Shown here in pieces: positions 1 to 8,968 of a stretch of DNA of 47,476 nucleotides (its first letter is position 1; every line of letters starts with the position of its first letter). The position numbers and the translations under genes were made by a program. The notes below the pieces were generated by a model. That model saw only the letters and a program-made list of their open reading frames with translations, was not told the DNA's origin and did no database searches. This DNA is from Candidatus Nomurabacteria bacterium RIFCSPLOWO2_01_FULL_42_20 (lineage in GTDB: Bacteria; Patescibacteriota; Minisyncoccia; Phycocordibacterales; CAZVEC01). The DNA lies in the NCBI GenBank assembly GCA_001785965.1, contig MFVF01000016.1:2098-49573 (forward strand), read 5' to 3'.

Positions 1-1353
1 GCGGAAAGTCGATCGGCGTTTAGCGCTAAGGAAATTTGAAACTACTTGCTCTTCAAACACCGCTTCCACTTCCTCTTCACTCAATTTGACGTCATGGAAG
101 ACCGGCAGACGATCCGGGAAGAAATACACAATCTCGCCTACCAAGGTAAACGATTTTGTTTCCCAGATTTTTTTCACGTCCTCAATTTCCATTTTGGAAA
201 CCAAGGCATGCGACAAAACGGTCATTGATAGATATCGTTTCATCTGGCGTTCATCCTCCGGCAGAGGTTTTTCTTCAACCTCTTCAGATTTTATGACATT
301 AGCGCGGTAACGCATCCCCCTCTTGCCATCGCCAACGGCGAACTTCCAGTCGGTTATTTTAAATTCAATGTGAGTCCCAAATAATTTGAGCAGCCCACTG
401 ATTATGTGTCCGACAGAAGAAAATTTCCGCCTTGTCATGGCCTTTATCTTTTTGACTTGGCTCAAGTTTGGAACGGCATCGTTAATCTTCCTGACAAAAA
501 AGGCGTCCATCCTGCCGGCTCCTAAATCGTAATTGTACGGGAGAACCGGAATCTCACTGAAGAAAGTAAGATTGCCTGACCATCTGTAAACAGATAAGGC
601 CGAAGCCCAAGTCATGAAAGTAAGTGAAGACAAGTAATCGCCCTCCATAATACTTTGATTCAGGATTCTGACCATGTAGCCCTCGAAAATGCGCCGAAGG
701 CTTTTGCGGAACTTGGGAAAATTTTTGCTTTGAAACGGCAGTGTTCCAGTTTTCATCTCCTCTACCAAGTTATCCCGCTCCCATTCAATTCGCTCAATCA
801 ACTTTATGGCGAGATTGCGTTTTAACGGAGTTTTTTTCAACTTAGCTTTATCAAGCGCGCGAAATAAAAATAAATCGTTGTTATCAGCGCCGTTTGAAAA
901 AAGCTTCATTTGCTCAGGTTGCTCGGGTTGTTCAGGCAGTTTTTTAACTCTGGAACTTTTTTCTATGTTTATCAGATTTCCTGAAAGAAGTTCAGGAATA
1001 ACCAAGTGGCTGATGACCCCGTGATACTTTGATCTGTCGTAGACGGGATAATCTTTTTCACCGCTAATTAGCTCTGAAAGTTTTCGGGACAACCTTGAAC
1101 TGCCGGAGCTTTTTGCGATGTCGCCCCAAGTGATTTTGCCATTTTTGCCGTTCTTTGGCAGCTTGTAATAATATTCGGCCAGGCCCAAAAGAGCTTCCCC
1201 GCTCCCCGTGGCCTTGCCAGACCTGATCCACGCTTGTAAGAGCAGATCAAGCTGTCCTTGCACGAAAGCGTTCCAAGCCCAAAGTTTAAATTCAGGCCGA
1301 ACGTCTTTCAAATAAAGTGCAAGCTCTTCGGAATTGATTCTTGCATAAGACAT
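1..1353 (-). CDS. PD-(D/E)XK (RecB/Cas4-like) nuclease-domain protein; the C-terminus runs off the window (451 codons visible)
   Basis: This ORF is absent from the supplied track because it has no stop inside the window. I checked every frame-1 triplet of 1-1353 and found no tta/cta/tca, so the minus strand is open from the ATG at 1353 (MSYARINSEELALYLKD...). The nuclease motifs are in order: GRMDAFFV (D), IEFKITDWK (ExK) and ERQMKRYL (QxxxY). Confidence 0.6.
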   Translation of the reverse strand, partial: MSYARINSEELALYLKDVRPEFKLWAWNAFVQGQLDLLLQAWIRSGKATGSGEALLGLAEYYYKLPKNGKNGKITWGDIAKSSGSSRLSRKLSELISGEKDYPVYDRSKYHGVISHLVIPELLSGNLINIEKSSRVKKLPEQPEQPEQMKLFSNGADNNDLFLFRALDKAKLKKTPLKRNLAIKLIERIEWERDNLVEEMKTGTLPFQSKNFPKFRKSLRRIFEGYMVRILNQSIMEGDYLSSLTFMTWASALSVYRWSGNLTFFSEIPVLPYNYDLGAGRMDAFFVRKINDAVPNLSQVKKIKAMTRRKFSSVGHIISGLLKLFGTHIEFKITDWKFAVGDGKRGMRYRANVIKSEEVEEKPLPEDERQMKRYLSMTVLSHALVSKMEIEDVKKIWETKSFTLVGEIVYFFPDRLPVFHDVKLSEEEVEAVFEEQVVSNFLSAKRRSTFR

Positions 1354-1440
1354 TTTGCCCTCCTTTTTAATTTAATTTGTAAAAAACAGTTAATTAATTT
1401 TTATATTACAGCAAAGCCACTCTAAGTCAACCCGCAAGTT

Positions 1441-1460
1441 AAAAGGGCTTATAAAGCCCC
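1441..1460 (-). terminator. Rho-independent-type hairpin downstream of the 1545..2435 gene
   Basis: On the minus strand, the stem GGGCTT/AAGCCC (1445-1450/1454-1459) with a 3-nt loop is followed by TTTT (1441-1444). Confidence 0.5.
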
Positions 1461-1500
1461 CTTGAAATTAGAAACTACTAATTGAAATTAGTAATTTTAG

Positions 1501-1544
1501 CTGTATGTCATAATCAAGGCGATCGCCTTGATTATGACATACAG
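1501..1544. repeat. 44-bp perfect palindrome abutting the stop codon of the histidine phosphatase gene
   Basis: The sequence ctgtatgtcataatcaaggcga|tcgccttgattatgacatacag has 22-nt arms with no mismatch and a centre of GCGATCGC. Confidence 0.9.
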
Positions 1545-2435
1545 TTATTTTCCCTCTTTTATAATTTCGTCAAGGAGTTCGGGCTTGATATATTCATCAA
1601 AAGTGAAAGGTTTTTCTTTACCCACCGGTGCGGGCAGGCCTTTTTTATTTTCGTAGTGAATTTTAATTTTTGGCCCGTCTTTAGTGTTCAAAATTTCCAA
1701 ATCAAAACCTTCAACATAATCAAATCCTTTATTGTCTAGCAATTTAACAAAGTTGTCTTTTTCTTCCTTCCCTTCTGTTTTTTCGATCACTTTCGCCAAG
1801 AATGATTCAGGAATAGTCTGGTGTGTCCCCATAAATCTTTCCAGTGTGTCGCCATATTTTTTACTCTTATCTTCTGCCAACTCATTCCATCTTGGTGCTA
1901 TTTTAAGATATTTTTTTATGAGCTCGGCAATTTGTCTGGCTGATCTAGAATAGGTATAAGTTTTTTTATCGTTATATTTTTTAGCCAGATCGTCACTCTC
2001 CTCAACCAAAAATTTTAAGAGATCGCCTTTTTTATAATGTTCTTGAGTCAGTTTGTGATATTCTGTCGTCAGATCTTCTGGAAAATCCAGCTTTTCTTCC
2101 ACTCCGATTTTTTTCCCTACTTTCAAATCTTTTTCAATTTTTTCTCTCAATTCCTCAAGCGTTTCCTCGCCGATTATTTCTGGTTGGATACCTGCCATCG
2201 CAAAACCGGCTGTCTCTTGGGTTCTTTTTCGCGGACTGCCAAAAGCTACGGCTTGCGATATTGTCAAAGGCCTAATTTTAGCCATTGCCTTTATTCTGCC
2301 AGCCGGCGTCAGCCTTATTTCTTCATCGCTTATTCCCTCCCCCTTTTCTTTCTCGCCATGCCGAAAGAAATGCAACTCGATTTTTGAGCTATATTCTTTC
2401 TCTTCCAAACCTTTAATTTTAGGCGATATTTCCAT
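1545..2435 (-). CDS. Histidine phosphatase (phosphoglycerate-mutase-like) family protein
   Basis: LHFFRHGEKE contains the RHG catalytic motif. LTPAGR and FGSPRKRTQETA match the SPxxRxxQTA-type motif. Confidence 0.75.
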   Translation of the reverse strand: MEISPKIKGLEEKEYSSKIELHFFRHGEKEKGEGISDEEIRLTPAGRIKAMAKIRPLTISQAVAFGSPRKRTQETAGFAMAGIQPEIIGEETLEELREKIEKDLKVGKKIGVEEKLDFPEDLTTEYHKLTQEHYKKGDLLKFLVEESDDLAKKYNDKKTYTYSRSARQIAELIKKYLKIAPRWNELAEDKSKKYGDTLERFMGTHQTIPESFLAKVIEKTEGKEEKDNFVKLLDNKGFDYVEGFDLEILNTKDGPKIKIHYENKKGLPAPVGKEKPFTFDEYIKPELLDEIIKEGK

Positions 2436-2442
2436 TTTTATT

Positions 2443-2700
2443 TTATTTTTTATAAAATTCTTCTGATGATTCGCGACCTAATTCAGCTTGATCAATCGGT
2501 ACGGCAACTCTAACTTTTTTAAGTCCTTCAACATAGCACTTAATTGCATCTTCTGCCATGTCTTTAGCATCTTCTAGATTTCTACCTTCTGTCACTAAAC
2601 CCGGTAAAGACGGAACTGTAACAGTATATCCCCCGCTTTCGTTCAAATCAAAAATAGCGGTATACTCATATACTTTTTTAATGCTTTTTGTCTTTTTCAT
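2443..2700 (-). CDS. hicB: HicB-like antitoxin-fold (UPF0150) protein; no HicA partner seen
   Basis: YEYTAIFDLNESGGYTVTVPSLPGLVTEGRNLEDAKDMAEDAIKCYVE is the typical HicB N-terminal domain. The protein is 85 aa with no DNA-binding tail. Confidence 0.75.
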   Translation of the reverse strand: MKKTKSIKKVYEYTAIFDLNESGGYTVTVPSLPGLVTEGRNLEDAKDMAEDAIKCYVEGLKKVRVAVPIDQAELGRESSEEFYKK

Positions 2701-2721
2701 ACTTTATAATATGCCACAAAA

Positions 2722-5211
2722 TTATTTTTTCTCCAAAATCCTCACCACCCCATTGTCTGCCCCTCGAGAATACTCGGGACTTCGCTCGAGAATCTTGACG
2801 ATTCCTCGCTCAGCATCCACTTCCACCATATCGCCGTCTTTAATTACCTGCGTAGCATTTTGAGTGCCGATGATACATGGCTTGTTCATTTCTCTGGAGA
2901 CAATGGCCGCGTGGGAGGTAATGCCGCCTTCATTGGTCACAAAAGCTCCTGCTTTGTCCATAATAGGAACGAAGTCGACGGAAGTCATAGTGGTGACCAA
3001 TATTTCACCTTGGGCTATTTTATGAAAATCAGCCGAATTGAGGATAATCCTGGCTATGCCGGTTATTTTCCCTTTATTGGCCGTAAAGCCTTTAACAATC
3101 TTTGTCTCTTTAGAAATCTCGCTCTTTTTGCCGTGCAGTAAATCCAAATATTCTTTAAAACTTTTCTCTTCTTCATCTTTTAGAAATTCTATTTTATCCT
3201 CATCATTCACTACGATACCAACAGATTGTCTTTTGTCCATCAAATCTTTTATTTTTGTTTTCTGGCCGGCTAAAACTTCTGTCATTTCAGTCGCCGTCAG
3301 GAAAAAACAGTCGCGCCAATTGGACGACCCACCCTTTTTGGCTATTTTGGAAAAGATTTTTCTATAGCCAAGAGACACTCGGCTGAAAACATTTTTCCTA
3401 AACTCATTCAAGTAGGTACCTTCCGCCAAAGCTTTGGCTAAGATTGAAATTTCTTCATCTTTTATTTCTTTGAATATTTTTTTAGCATTTGAAACTCGGT
3501 CTTTGTGGCTTTTTTTGGAGTAAGTTAATTCCTTAGCGCAATCTTTCTTCAAGAAGTCACTGAGCTGTTTTTGCGCGTCTTTCAATGACCAGGGCTCTTC
3601 ACAGAAATTCACCGGAATAAAACCAAAATTTTCCAACCATTTCTCTAAATGCTTTTTGATAGTCTTTTGATTGATTTTTTTCTTTTGAACAAGAGCGCCT
3701 ATTTCCAAGAGACCGAGTTGCGAATCAAAAAGAGGCGTGTGTAGAGAGGGGTAAGTTATAATCGAAACTACTTCTGGAATCTCTTCATCCTTGTAGCCCT
3801 TCTCTTTCAGCTTTTGCATCAATTTCTCAAGACCAGCCCTGCCGATCACAGAGGTTAAAAATAGGCCAGCGCAGAATCTGGTGTAATTTTTTACAAAATC
3901 ATTCCATGTTTTGACATTCAAGTTTTTGTCGCACTTTTTCAATGAATCAAGCAGTTCCTTGGCAAATTTTTTATATTTATTCTTGAGTGTTTTTATTTTA
4001 ACTTCGGAACTTACAGCTTCCAGAATTGCAGCCGAATATTCTTTCATGTTTTCCGGTTTGGCGAATAGATGGGTTTCTGTGCCGTTTACTGTAATAGAAA
4101 GCTGTATATTTTTTGCTTTAACCCCGAAATCCTTTGTATTTAAAGAGTGGCCGACCGAAGACAAATATTGATGCCAGAATGACATATTTCTGGTTATGAT
4201 AAGTTTCCAATCCCCAATAGAAATCTCAGGTTGTTTTTCTTCTTTTCCTTCCTTTTTTTCCACTTTAGGCTGCAGTGTCGTAATTGGGCGGGATTGGACG
4301 ATATAAAATTTGCCGGATTCAAAAGCCCATTCGATGTCGCAGGGGAATTTGTAATGATTTTCAATACCCACAATGATTCCAGAAAGTTCGTTGATTTCTT
4401 TTTCAGTCAGAATTTGTTTTGAACCTTCGGCCTCCGGCAAGTCAATCCAAGTATTACCCCCGCCGGCCTTTCGATAAAGCGCGCGATTTTGAAAATTCAC
4501 GTTCACGTCAATGATTCTCCTCGGTTCTTTTTCGACAACATAGCTGTCTGGTGTGACAGAGCCCGAAACGATCGCCTCGCCCAAGCCGAAACCCGCTTCA
4601 ATAATAAGTTGGTTATAATCTTCGGTCACTGGATGGACGGAGAAAGCGATGCCGGACCTTTCCGAATTGACCATTTTTTGGACGACGACAGCGACCGAAA
4701 TATGCTCTCCGTGCATGCCTTTTTCGAAACGGTAAAAGATGGCCCGCGGGGTGAAAAGCGAGGCCCAGCATTTCTGCACTTTCTCCAAGAGGTTGCTCTC
4801 AGTCGTATTTAAAAAGCTGTCGAGCTGGCCAGCCCAAGCGGCCGAGGCCGAATCTTCGGCCGAGGCGGAAGAGCGAACAGCCACATATTCAGCACCTAAA
4901 TTTTTAAATGAGCTCAAGATTATTGTTTTGATGTCCTTCGGCATAGCCGCGCCAATAATCAAAGCTTGGATTTTTTGCGAGGCATGTTCGACAGTATGAA
5001 TTTCTTTATGATTAACCTGATCCAAAATTGAATCAATTTCGACGTTAAGATCAGTTTCTTCCAAAAAACGATCAAAAGCGCTGGTTAAGACGACAAAACC
5101 CGGCGGGACAGGTATTCCCGCTTGAGTCATCTCTCCAAGAGACGCGCCCTTGCCTCCGGCAATAGCCGCGTCATGTTTACTTAATTTACTAAATTCCCTA
5201 ATTAGTTCCAT
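2722..5211 (-). CDS. PEP/pyruvate-binding ATP-grasp plus C-terminal swivel phosphohistidine domain protein (PpsA-like; same domain order as rifampin phosphotransferases)
   Basis: The N-terminus reads GGKGASLGEMTQAGIPVPPGFVV...FYIVQSRPIT (PPDK_N-like). The C-terminus reads ILVTTMTSVDFVPIMDKAGAFVTNEGGITSHAAIVSREMNKPCIIGT (PEP-utilizer mobile domain with TSH His). There is no C-terminal TIM-barrel. Confidence 0.8.
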   Translation of the reverse strand: MELIREFSKLSKHDAAIAGGKGASLGEMTQAGIPVPPGFVVLTSAFDRFLEETDLNVEIDSILDQVNHKEIHTVEHASQKIQALIIGAAMPKDIKTIILSSFKNLGAEYVAVRSSASAEDSASAAWAGQLDSFLNTTESNLLEKVQKCWASLFTPRAIFYRFEKGMHGEHISVAVVVQKMVNSERSGIAFSVHPVTEDYNQLIIEAGFGLGEAIVSGSVTPDSYVVEKEPRRIIDVNVNFQNRALYRKAGGGNTWIDLPEAEGSKQILTEKEINELSGIIVGIENHYKFPCDIEWAFESGKFYIVQSRPITTLQPKVEKKEGKEEKQPEISIGDWKLIITRNMSFWHQYLSSVGHSLNTKDFGVKAKNIQLSITVNGTETHLFAKPENMKEYSAAILEAVSSEVKIKTLKNKYKKFAKELLDSLKKCDKNLNVKTWNDFVKNYTRFCAGLFLTSVIGRAGLEKLMQKLKEKGYKDEEIPEVVSIITYPSLHTPLFDSQLGLLEIGALVQKKKINQKTIKKHLEKWLENFGFIPVNFCEEPWSLKDAQKQLSDFLKKDCAKELTYSKKSHKDRVSNAKKIFKEIKDEEISILAKALAEGTYLNEFRKNVFSRVSLGYRKIFSKIAKKGGSSNWRDCFFLTATEMTEVLAGQKTKIKDLMDKRQSVGIVVNDEDKIEFLKDEEEKSFKEYLDLLHGKKSEISKETKIVKGFTANKGKITGIARIILNSADFHKIAQGEILVTTMTSVDFVPIMDKAGAFVTNEGGITSHAAIVSREMNKPCIIGTQNATQVIKDGDMVEVDAERGIVKILERSPEYSRGADNGVVRILEKK

Positions 5212-5235
5212 ATTTAAGAGTATTGTAGCAGAAAA

Positions 5236-6984
5236 TCACGCCCGCTTCAAAATTTTTACCAGTCCGTGATTGGCATTAACTTCCACTAAATCACCATCTT
5301 TCAGTACATGGGTGGCGATTTTAGTCCCGATGACGCAAGGGATTTTAAGTTCCCGGGAAACAATAGCCGCGTGCGAAGTAATTCCGCCCTCGTCAGTTAC
5401 GATAGCCGCGGCTTTTTTCATGGCCGGGACATAGTCGGGGCGCGTCATAACGGCGACTAGAATTTCCCCTTCTTTTATTTTGTTTATTTCTTTAACGCTC
5501 TTTAAAACCCTAACTTTGCCTTGGGCCTTACCCAAAGAAGCGGTCAGTCCACGGAAATCCTGAATGTCATCCTGGTTTTTTTCTCCCAGCAATGTTTTAC
5601 GAAGAGTCTCAACTAAACTTCCGGTAATAACTTCGTGGCCCGTTTCATCCCAATATAGAGCAGAACCCCGACGGCGCTCTTCGAGCAAGTCAATGGGTGG
5701 TGTATCTGTAAAAATTCGAGAAACCTCGCGCGGGGTCATATATTTTAAAAGGTTGGTTGGTATGTTAAGCCGGCGGGATATTTCGTCTAAAATAAGCGTG
5801 GCGTAATGTGCGGTAAAAAGAGTGGCTTTCTTGCGCTCATCTTGCCAATAAGTAAAGTCTTCGGTGATCTTGATCAGAAAGAGCGTCTCTTTATCGAGAG
5901 GCAAGTCTCGCATTAAATCTTTCTTGGCTTTTTTATTCTGGTCGGGAGACTGTTCGAGGCGTTCGAGTTCTTTGGCGACATCAATGTTAGAAGATTCAAT
6001 TCGGGCGATTTCTTCTTCGAAATAAGAAATGGTTAAAATATTAACGTCTACATAATTATTCCTGATCCAAAAAAAGCGATCACGGTAATTTTCAATTAAT
6101 TTTCGGCGATTTGGTTCATGTTTGCGGATTTCCAATATAAGCTTAAAAAGTTCCAATTCTGCTTCTCGAAGAAAAGAGTAATGCGTTGGCGCAGTAAGAG
6201 CAGAAAAAACTTCTGAAAATTTCATAGTTTTTGAGATCGTAGGAGAGTTTTCGTATGCTTTTTTAATTTTTTCTTCCAAAAGTCGATCAGTGCCGAGAGC
6301 AAAGCCGTCAATTATTGAGCTTGAGCTGTTGCGGTTCAGAATAATGTCTATAAAATGATCGTGTAGATCGATAAGCTCGGTATCTGATAAGCTATATAAA
6401 TTTTTAGAGCCAATGATCTCGCATTCGTGGTAAAAGGCTTTTTCCAGAGGCTTATATTCTTCTATAATTTTTTGGCTGAAATTCGGTTTTGAATCTACCA
6501 AAGATAGAATAGTTTTTGTAACCCTTTCAATTTCAAAAATGTCTATGTACCAATCTGCGCGCCCTTCTTCGAAAAAGCAGAAATGCCGGTCAAAAAAGAG
6601 GCCGTATTTCTTGTCTCGCCGAGTTAATATCTCCGCTTCGGCGATCATGTGAATCAGATAGGGCGCTCCGTCAAAACGCTGATGATACCAAGATTTTCCT
6701 TGCCACAGTTTTTCTTGTGACTTTATTAAACCAGGAACATAGGGCATTCGAGTTTGGGGGACAGAATTTTCATATTTAGATGTTTCCGTGAGTTTGGCCA
6801 CTGACGAATCGAGAGCTTTGGCTATCTTTTGCAATGTTTCGACAGATGGATTCCTAGAGCCATTTTCAAGAGTGCTAATATACGATCTATTAACGCCCAA
6901 AATCTTAGCCAATTCTCCCTGCGAAAGCTTTTTAGCTTTCCTAAGTTTACTAATATTTTCCCCAACCTTTTTATTTATACTCAT
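5236..6984 (-). CDS. XRE-family HTH fused to a PEP-utilizer swivel phosphohistidine domain; no ATP-grasp
   Basis: The N-terminus reads GENISKLRKAKKLSQGELAKILGVNRSYISTLENGSRNPSVETLQKIAKAL (HTH_XRE). The C-terminus reads ILVAVMTRPDYVPAMKKAAAIVTDEGGITSHAAIVSRELKIPCVIGT. Confidence 0.75.
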   Translation of the reverse strand: MSINKKVGENISKLRKAKKLSQGELAKILGVNRSYISTLENGSRNPSVETLQKIAKALDSSVAKLTETSKYENSVPQTRMPYVPGLIKSQEKLWQGKSWYHQRFDGAPYLIHMIAEAEILTRRDKKYGLFFDRHFCFFEEGRADWYIDIFEIERVTKTILSLVDSKPNFSQKIIEEYKPLEKAFYHECEIIGSKNLYSLSDTELIDLHDHFIDIILNRNSSSSIIDGFALGTDRLLEEKIKKAYENSPTISKTMKFSEVFSALTAPTHYSFLREAELELFKLILEIRKHEPNRRKLIENYRDRFFWIRNNYVDVNILTISYFEEEIARIESSNIDVAKELERLEQSPDQNKKAKKDLMRDLPLDKETLFLIKITEDFTYWQDERKKATLFTAHYATLILDEISRRLNIPTNLLKYMTPREVSRIFTDTPPIDLLEERRRGSALYWDETGHEVITGSLVETLRKTLLGEKNQDDIQDFRGLTASLGKAQGKVRVLKSVKEINKIKEGEILVAVMTRPDYVPAMKKAAAIVTDEGGITSHAAIVSRELKIPCVIGTKIATHVLKDGDLVEVNANHGLVKILKRA

Positions 6985-6993
6985 AGTGAAACA

Positions 6994-7021
6994 AGTATAC
7001 TCTTTGTGCCTTAAGAGTCAA
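6994..7021 (-). promoter_or_regulatory. Sigma70-like promoter for the 6984->1545 operon
   Basis: On the minus strand: TTGACT (7021-7016), a 16-nt spacer, TATACT (6999-6994), then 9 nt to the ATG at 6984. Confidence 0.5.
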
Positions 7022-7056
7022 CAGTGACCTATAAATAACATTTATGCAGGCAAAAA

Positions 7057-7095
7057 GAAAAAGCCCTTTGCTTGCGCTTGGGGCTTTTTCTTTAG
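7057..7095. terminator. Bidirectional hairpin terminator after the RRM gene
   Basis: aaaaagccc (7057-7066) pairs with gggcttttt (7081-7089), and T-runs follow on either strand. Confidence 0.6.
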
Positions 7096-7104
7096 AACCG
7101 AAGA

Positions 7105-7431
7105 TTAGTAGCTTCTGCCGCCTCGATCGCCTCCGCGACCGCCGCCACCTCCACCTCCGAATGATCGGCGTGGGGGTCGCTCTTCCATTGGACGAGCGAT
7201 GTTGACCGTCAGCTTGCGGCCGTCGAAATCTTGGCCGTCAAACGTCTCGATTGCCTTATTGGCTTCTTCTTCCGTTGACATTTCAACGAATCCGAAACCC
7301 TTAGAGCGACCAGACATTTTGTCCTTGATAATAGTGGCGGAAACAACGTTTCCGGCTTGAGAGAAATGATCTCTCAAAGAATCTTCGGTTGAACTGTAAG
7401 GCAGTCCACCGACATATAGCTTTGTTGCCAT
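7105..7431 (-). CDS. RRM (RNP-1) RNA-binding protein with a Gly/Arg-rich tail
   Basis: KLYVGGLPY (RNP2) and KGFGFVEM (RNP1) are present. The C-terminus is GGGGGGRGGDRGGRSY. Confidence 0.9.
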   Translation of the reverse strand: MATKLYVGGLPYSSTEDSLRDHFSQAGNVVSATIIKDKMSGRSKGFGFVEMSTEEEANKAIETFDGQDFDGRKLTVNIARPMEERPPRRSFGGGGGGGRGGDRGGRSY

Positions 7432-7530
7432 GTGCTATTCTCCGCGTCTTTTACTTAAATTTGACGCGCAGAAAAATTATTTAATAAACGTAATTGCCTC
7501 GCAGTCCTCTAACCTTTGAACCTAAGACAC

Positions 7531-8511
7531 TTACTTCGCGGCATATTGTAGCAAAGTCTCTATAATATTGTCAACCTCCCCCTCAAAGATGCTTTTAATA
7601 TTGTGCCAAGATTCTTTAATCCGGTGATCAGTAACTCTATCTTGGGTTTCATTATAAGTGCGGATTTTCTCCGAGCGGTCTCCGGTCCCGATCTGGCCTT
7701 TTCGTTCCTGCGAATATTGTTTAGCTTCCTTCTCTTCTTTCCGGGCTTCCAATTTGGAAATAAGGATGGACATGGCCCGTTCTCGGTTTTTAAGCTGACT
7801 GCGCTCGGCCGTAGAACGCACGTCTATGCCGGAGGGTTTGTGAATGATTCGCACTGCGGTCTCAACTTTGTTGACGTTCTGTCCGCCGGCTCCGCCGGAT
7901 CGGGAAGTTTCTATTTCCAAGTCGGCTGGGTTTATTTCAATTTTTGTTTTTTTGCGAATAGGAAGTATTGCGACGGAAGCGGTGGAAGTATGAATGCGGC
8001 CGGTTTTTTCCGTGACCGGAATGCGCTGGACGCGGTGGACTCCAGTTTCATAACGAAGCATTTTATAAACTCCCGCGCCCTTGATCTCCATCACAACCTC
8101 CTTGTATCCGCCGGCGGAGCTTTTGGACTCATCTATGACCGACCAACCCCAGCCTTTTTTGCCGGCATATTTTTGGTACATTTCTGCCAGATCGGAGGCG
8201 AAGATCGAAGCTTCGTCGCCGCCGGCGCCGGCCCGGATTTCCATAATAATCTCATTCGGAAATTCTTCCACTTCTTTTTCCTTATTTAAAATATCGCTTA
8301 TCTGCGCCTCCAGAACTTTTTCCTGTGATTTTATGGAAACCAATTCCTCTTTACCTAACTCCAAAATACTCTCATCTCCTTCCATGAGGTCGCGAGTTTT
8401 TTCTTCTTCATGCATCAAGCGCTCCAACTCTTCGGCCAAATGCATGGTCCGAGGATTCTTTTTAATTTCTTCAATGTTTAACATATCTCTAATACCGCGA
8501 ATTATATACAA
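7531..8511 (-). CDS. prfA: Peptide chain release factor 1
   Basis: The GGQ motif is [37 protein letters not shown] is the PxT tripeptide type, indicating RF1. The start may instead be the internal Met at 8484 (MLNIEE). Confidence 0.9.
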   Translation of the reverse strand: MYIIRGIRDMLNIEEIKKNPRTMHLAEELERLMHEEEKTRDLMEGDESILELGKEELVSIKSQEKVLEAQISDILNKEKEVEEFPNEIIMEIRAGAGGDEASIFASDLAEMYQKYAGKKGWGWSVIDESKSSAGGYKEVVMEIKGAGVYKMLRYETGVHRVQRIPVTEKTGRIHTSTASVAILPIRKKTKIEINPADLEIETSRSGGAGGQNVNKVETAVRIIHKPSGIDVRSTAERSQLKNRERAMSILISKLEARKEEKEAKQYSQERKGQIGTGDRSEKIRTYNETQDRVTDHRIKESWHNIKSIFEGEVDNIIETLLQYAAK

Positions 8512-8572
8512 ATACTACTAATAAATCAAAAAAAACCACATGAATGGCTTTTTTAATTTAAAACCACATGCA

Positions 8573-8812
8573 TTATTTCTTAACTCTGGGTTTTTTTATT
8601 TTAGGAGATTTTGTCGCCGTAGCGCGGAGTTTTTTGAAACGCTCAATACGGCCGGCCGTGTCAATAATCTTTTCCGTGCCGCTGTAGAAAGGATGGCAGG
8701 CGCTGCAGATTTCAACGCTGATTTCGGGCATGGTTGAGCCGACTAAATATTTCGCCCCGCAGGCGCAAGCCGCCTTGGCCTTATCGGTGTATTTTGGATG
8801 AATGTCTTTCAT
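8573..8812 (-). CDS. rpmE: 50S ribosomal protein L31
   Basis: MKDIHPKY...C.C...CSACHPFYSGTEKIIDTAGRIERFKK. Confidence 0.95.
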   Translation of the reverse strand: MKDIHPKYTDKAKAACACGAKYLVGSTMPEISVEICSACHPFYSGTEKIIDTAGRIERFKKLRATATKSPKIKKPRVKK

Positions 8813-8860
8813 ATATTTTCTTAACGAGCGAAGCGAGTTTTTGAAAATAATGACCCGGTT

Positions 8861-8890
8861 AAATAATTTTTCTGCTTAAGGCAGAAAAAT
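8861..8890 (-). terminator. Hairpin between the transglycosylase gene and rpmE
   Basis: A 10-bp stem atttttctgc/gcagaaaaat (8866-8875/8881-8890) has the loop ttaag. It is nested inside a longer imperfect inverted repeat, acccggttaaataa ... ttatttaactgggt. Confidence 0.55.
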
Positions 8891-8968
8891 TAAATTTTGA
8901 CTTTATCAAAATTTATTTAACTGGGTGATGGAAATCATATTCGCAAAGCTCATTGATTTCCAATCATA

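Noticed and set aside
2443-2700. A complete HicAB toxin-antitoxin module.
   Set aside because: No HicA-sized ORF is found on either side; the flanking gaps are 21 and 7 nt. Only the HicB-fold gene is present, so I do not call a TA system here.
7603-8289. Long antisense ORFs opposite real genes (for example 7603..8289, 9159..9728, 22548..23195, 8081..8521, 32378..32818).
   Set aside because: They lie entirely within well-supported genes on the other strand. They have biased low-complexity composition and no family motifs, so they are shadow ORFs.
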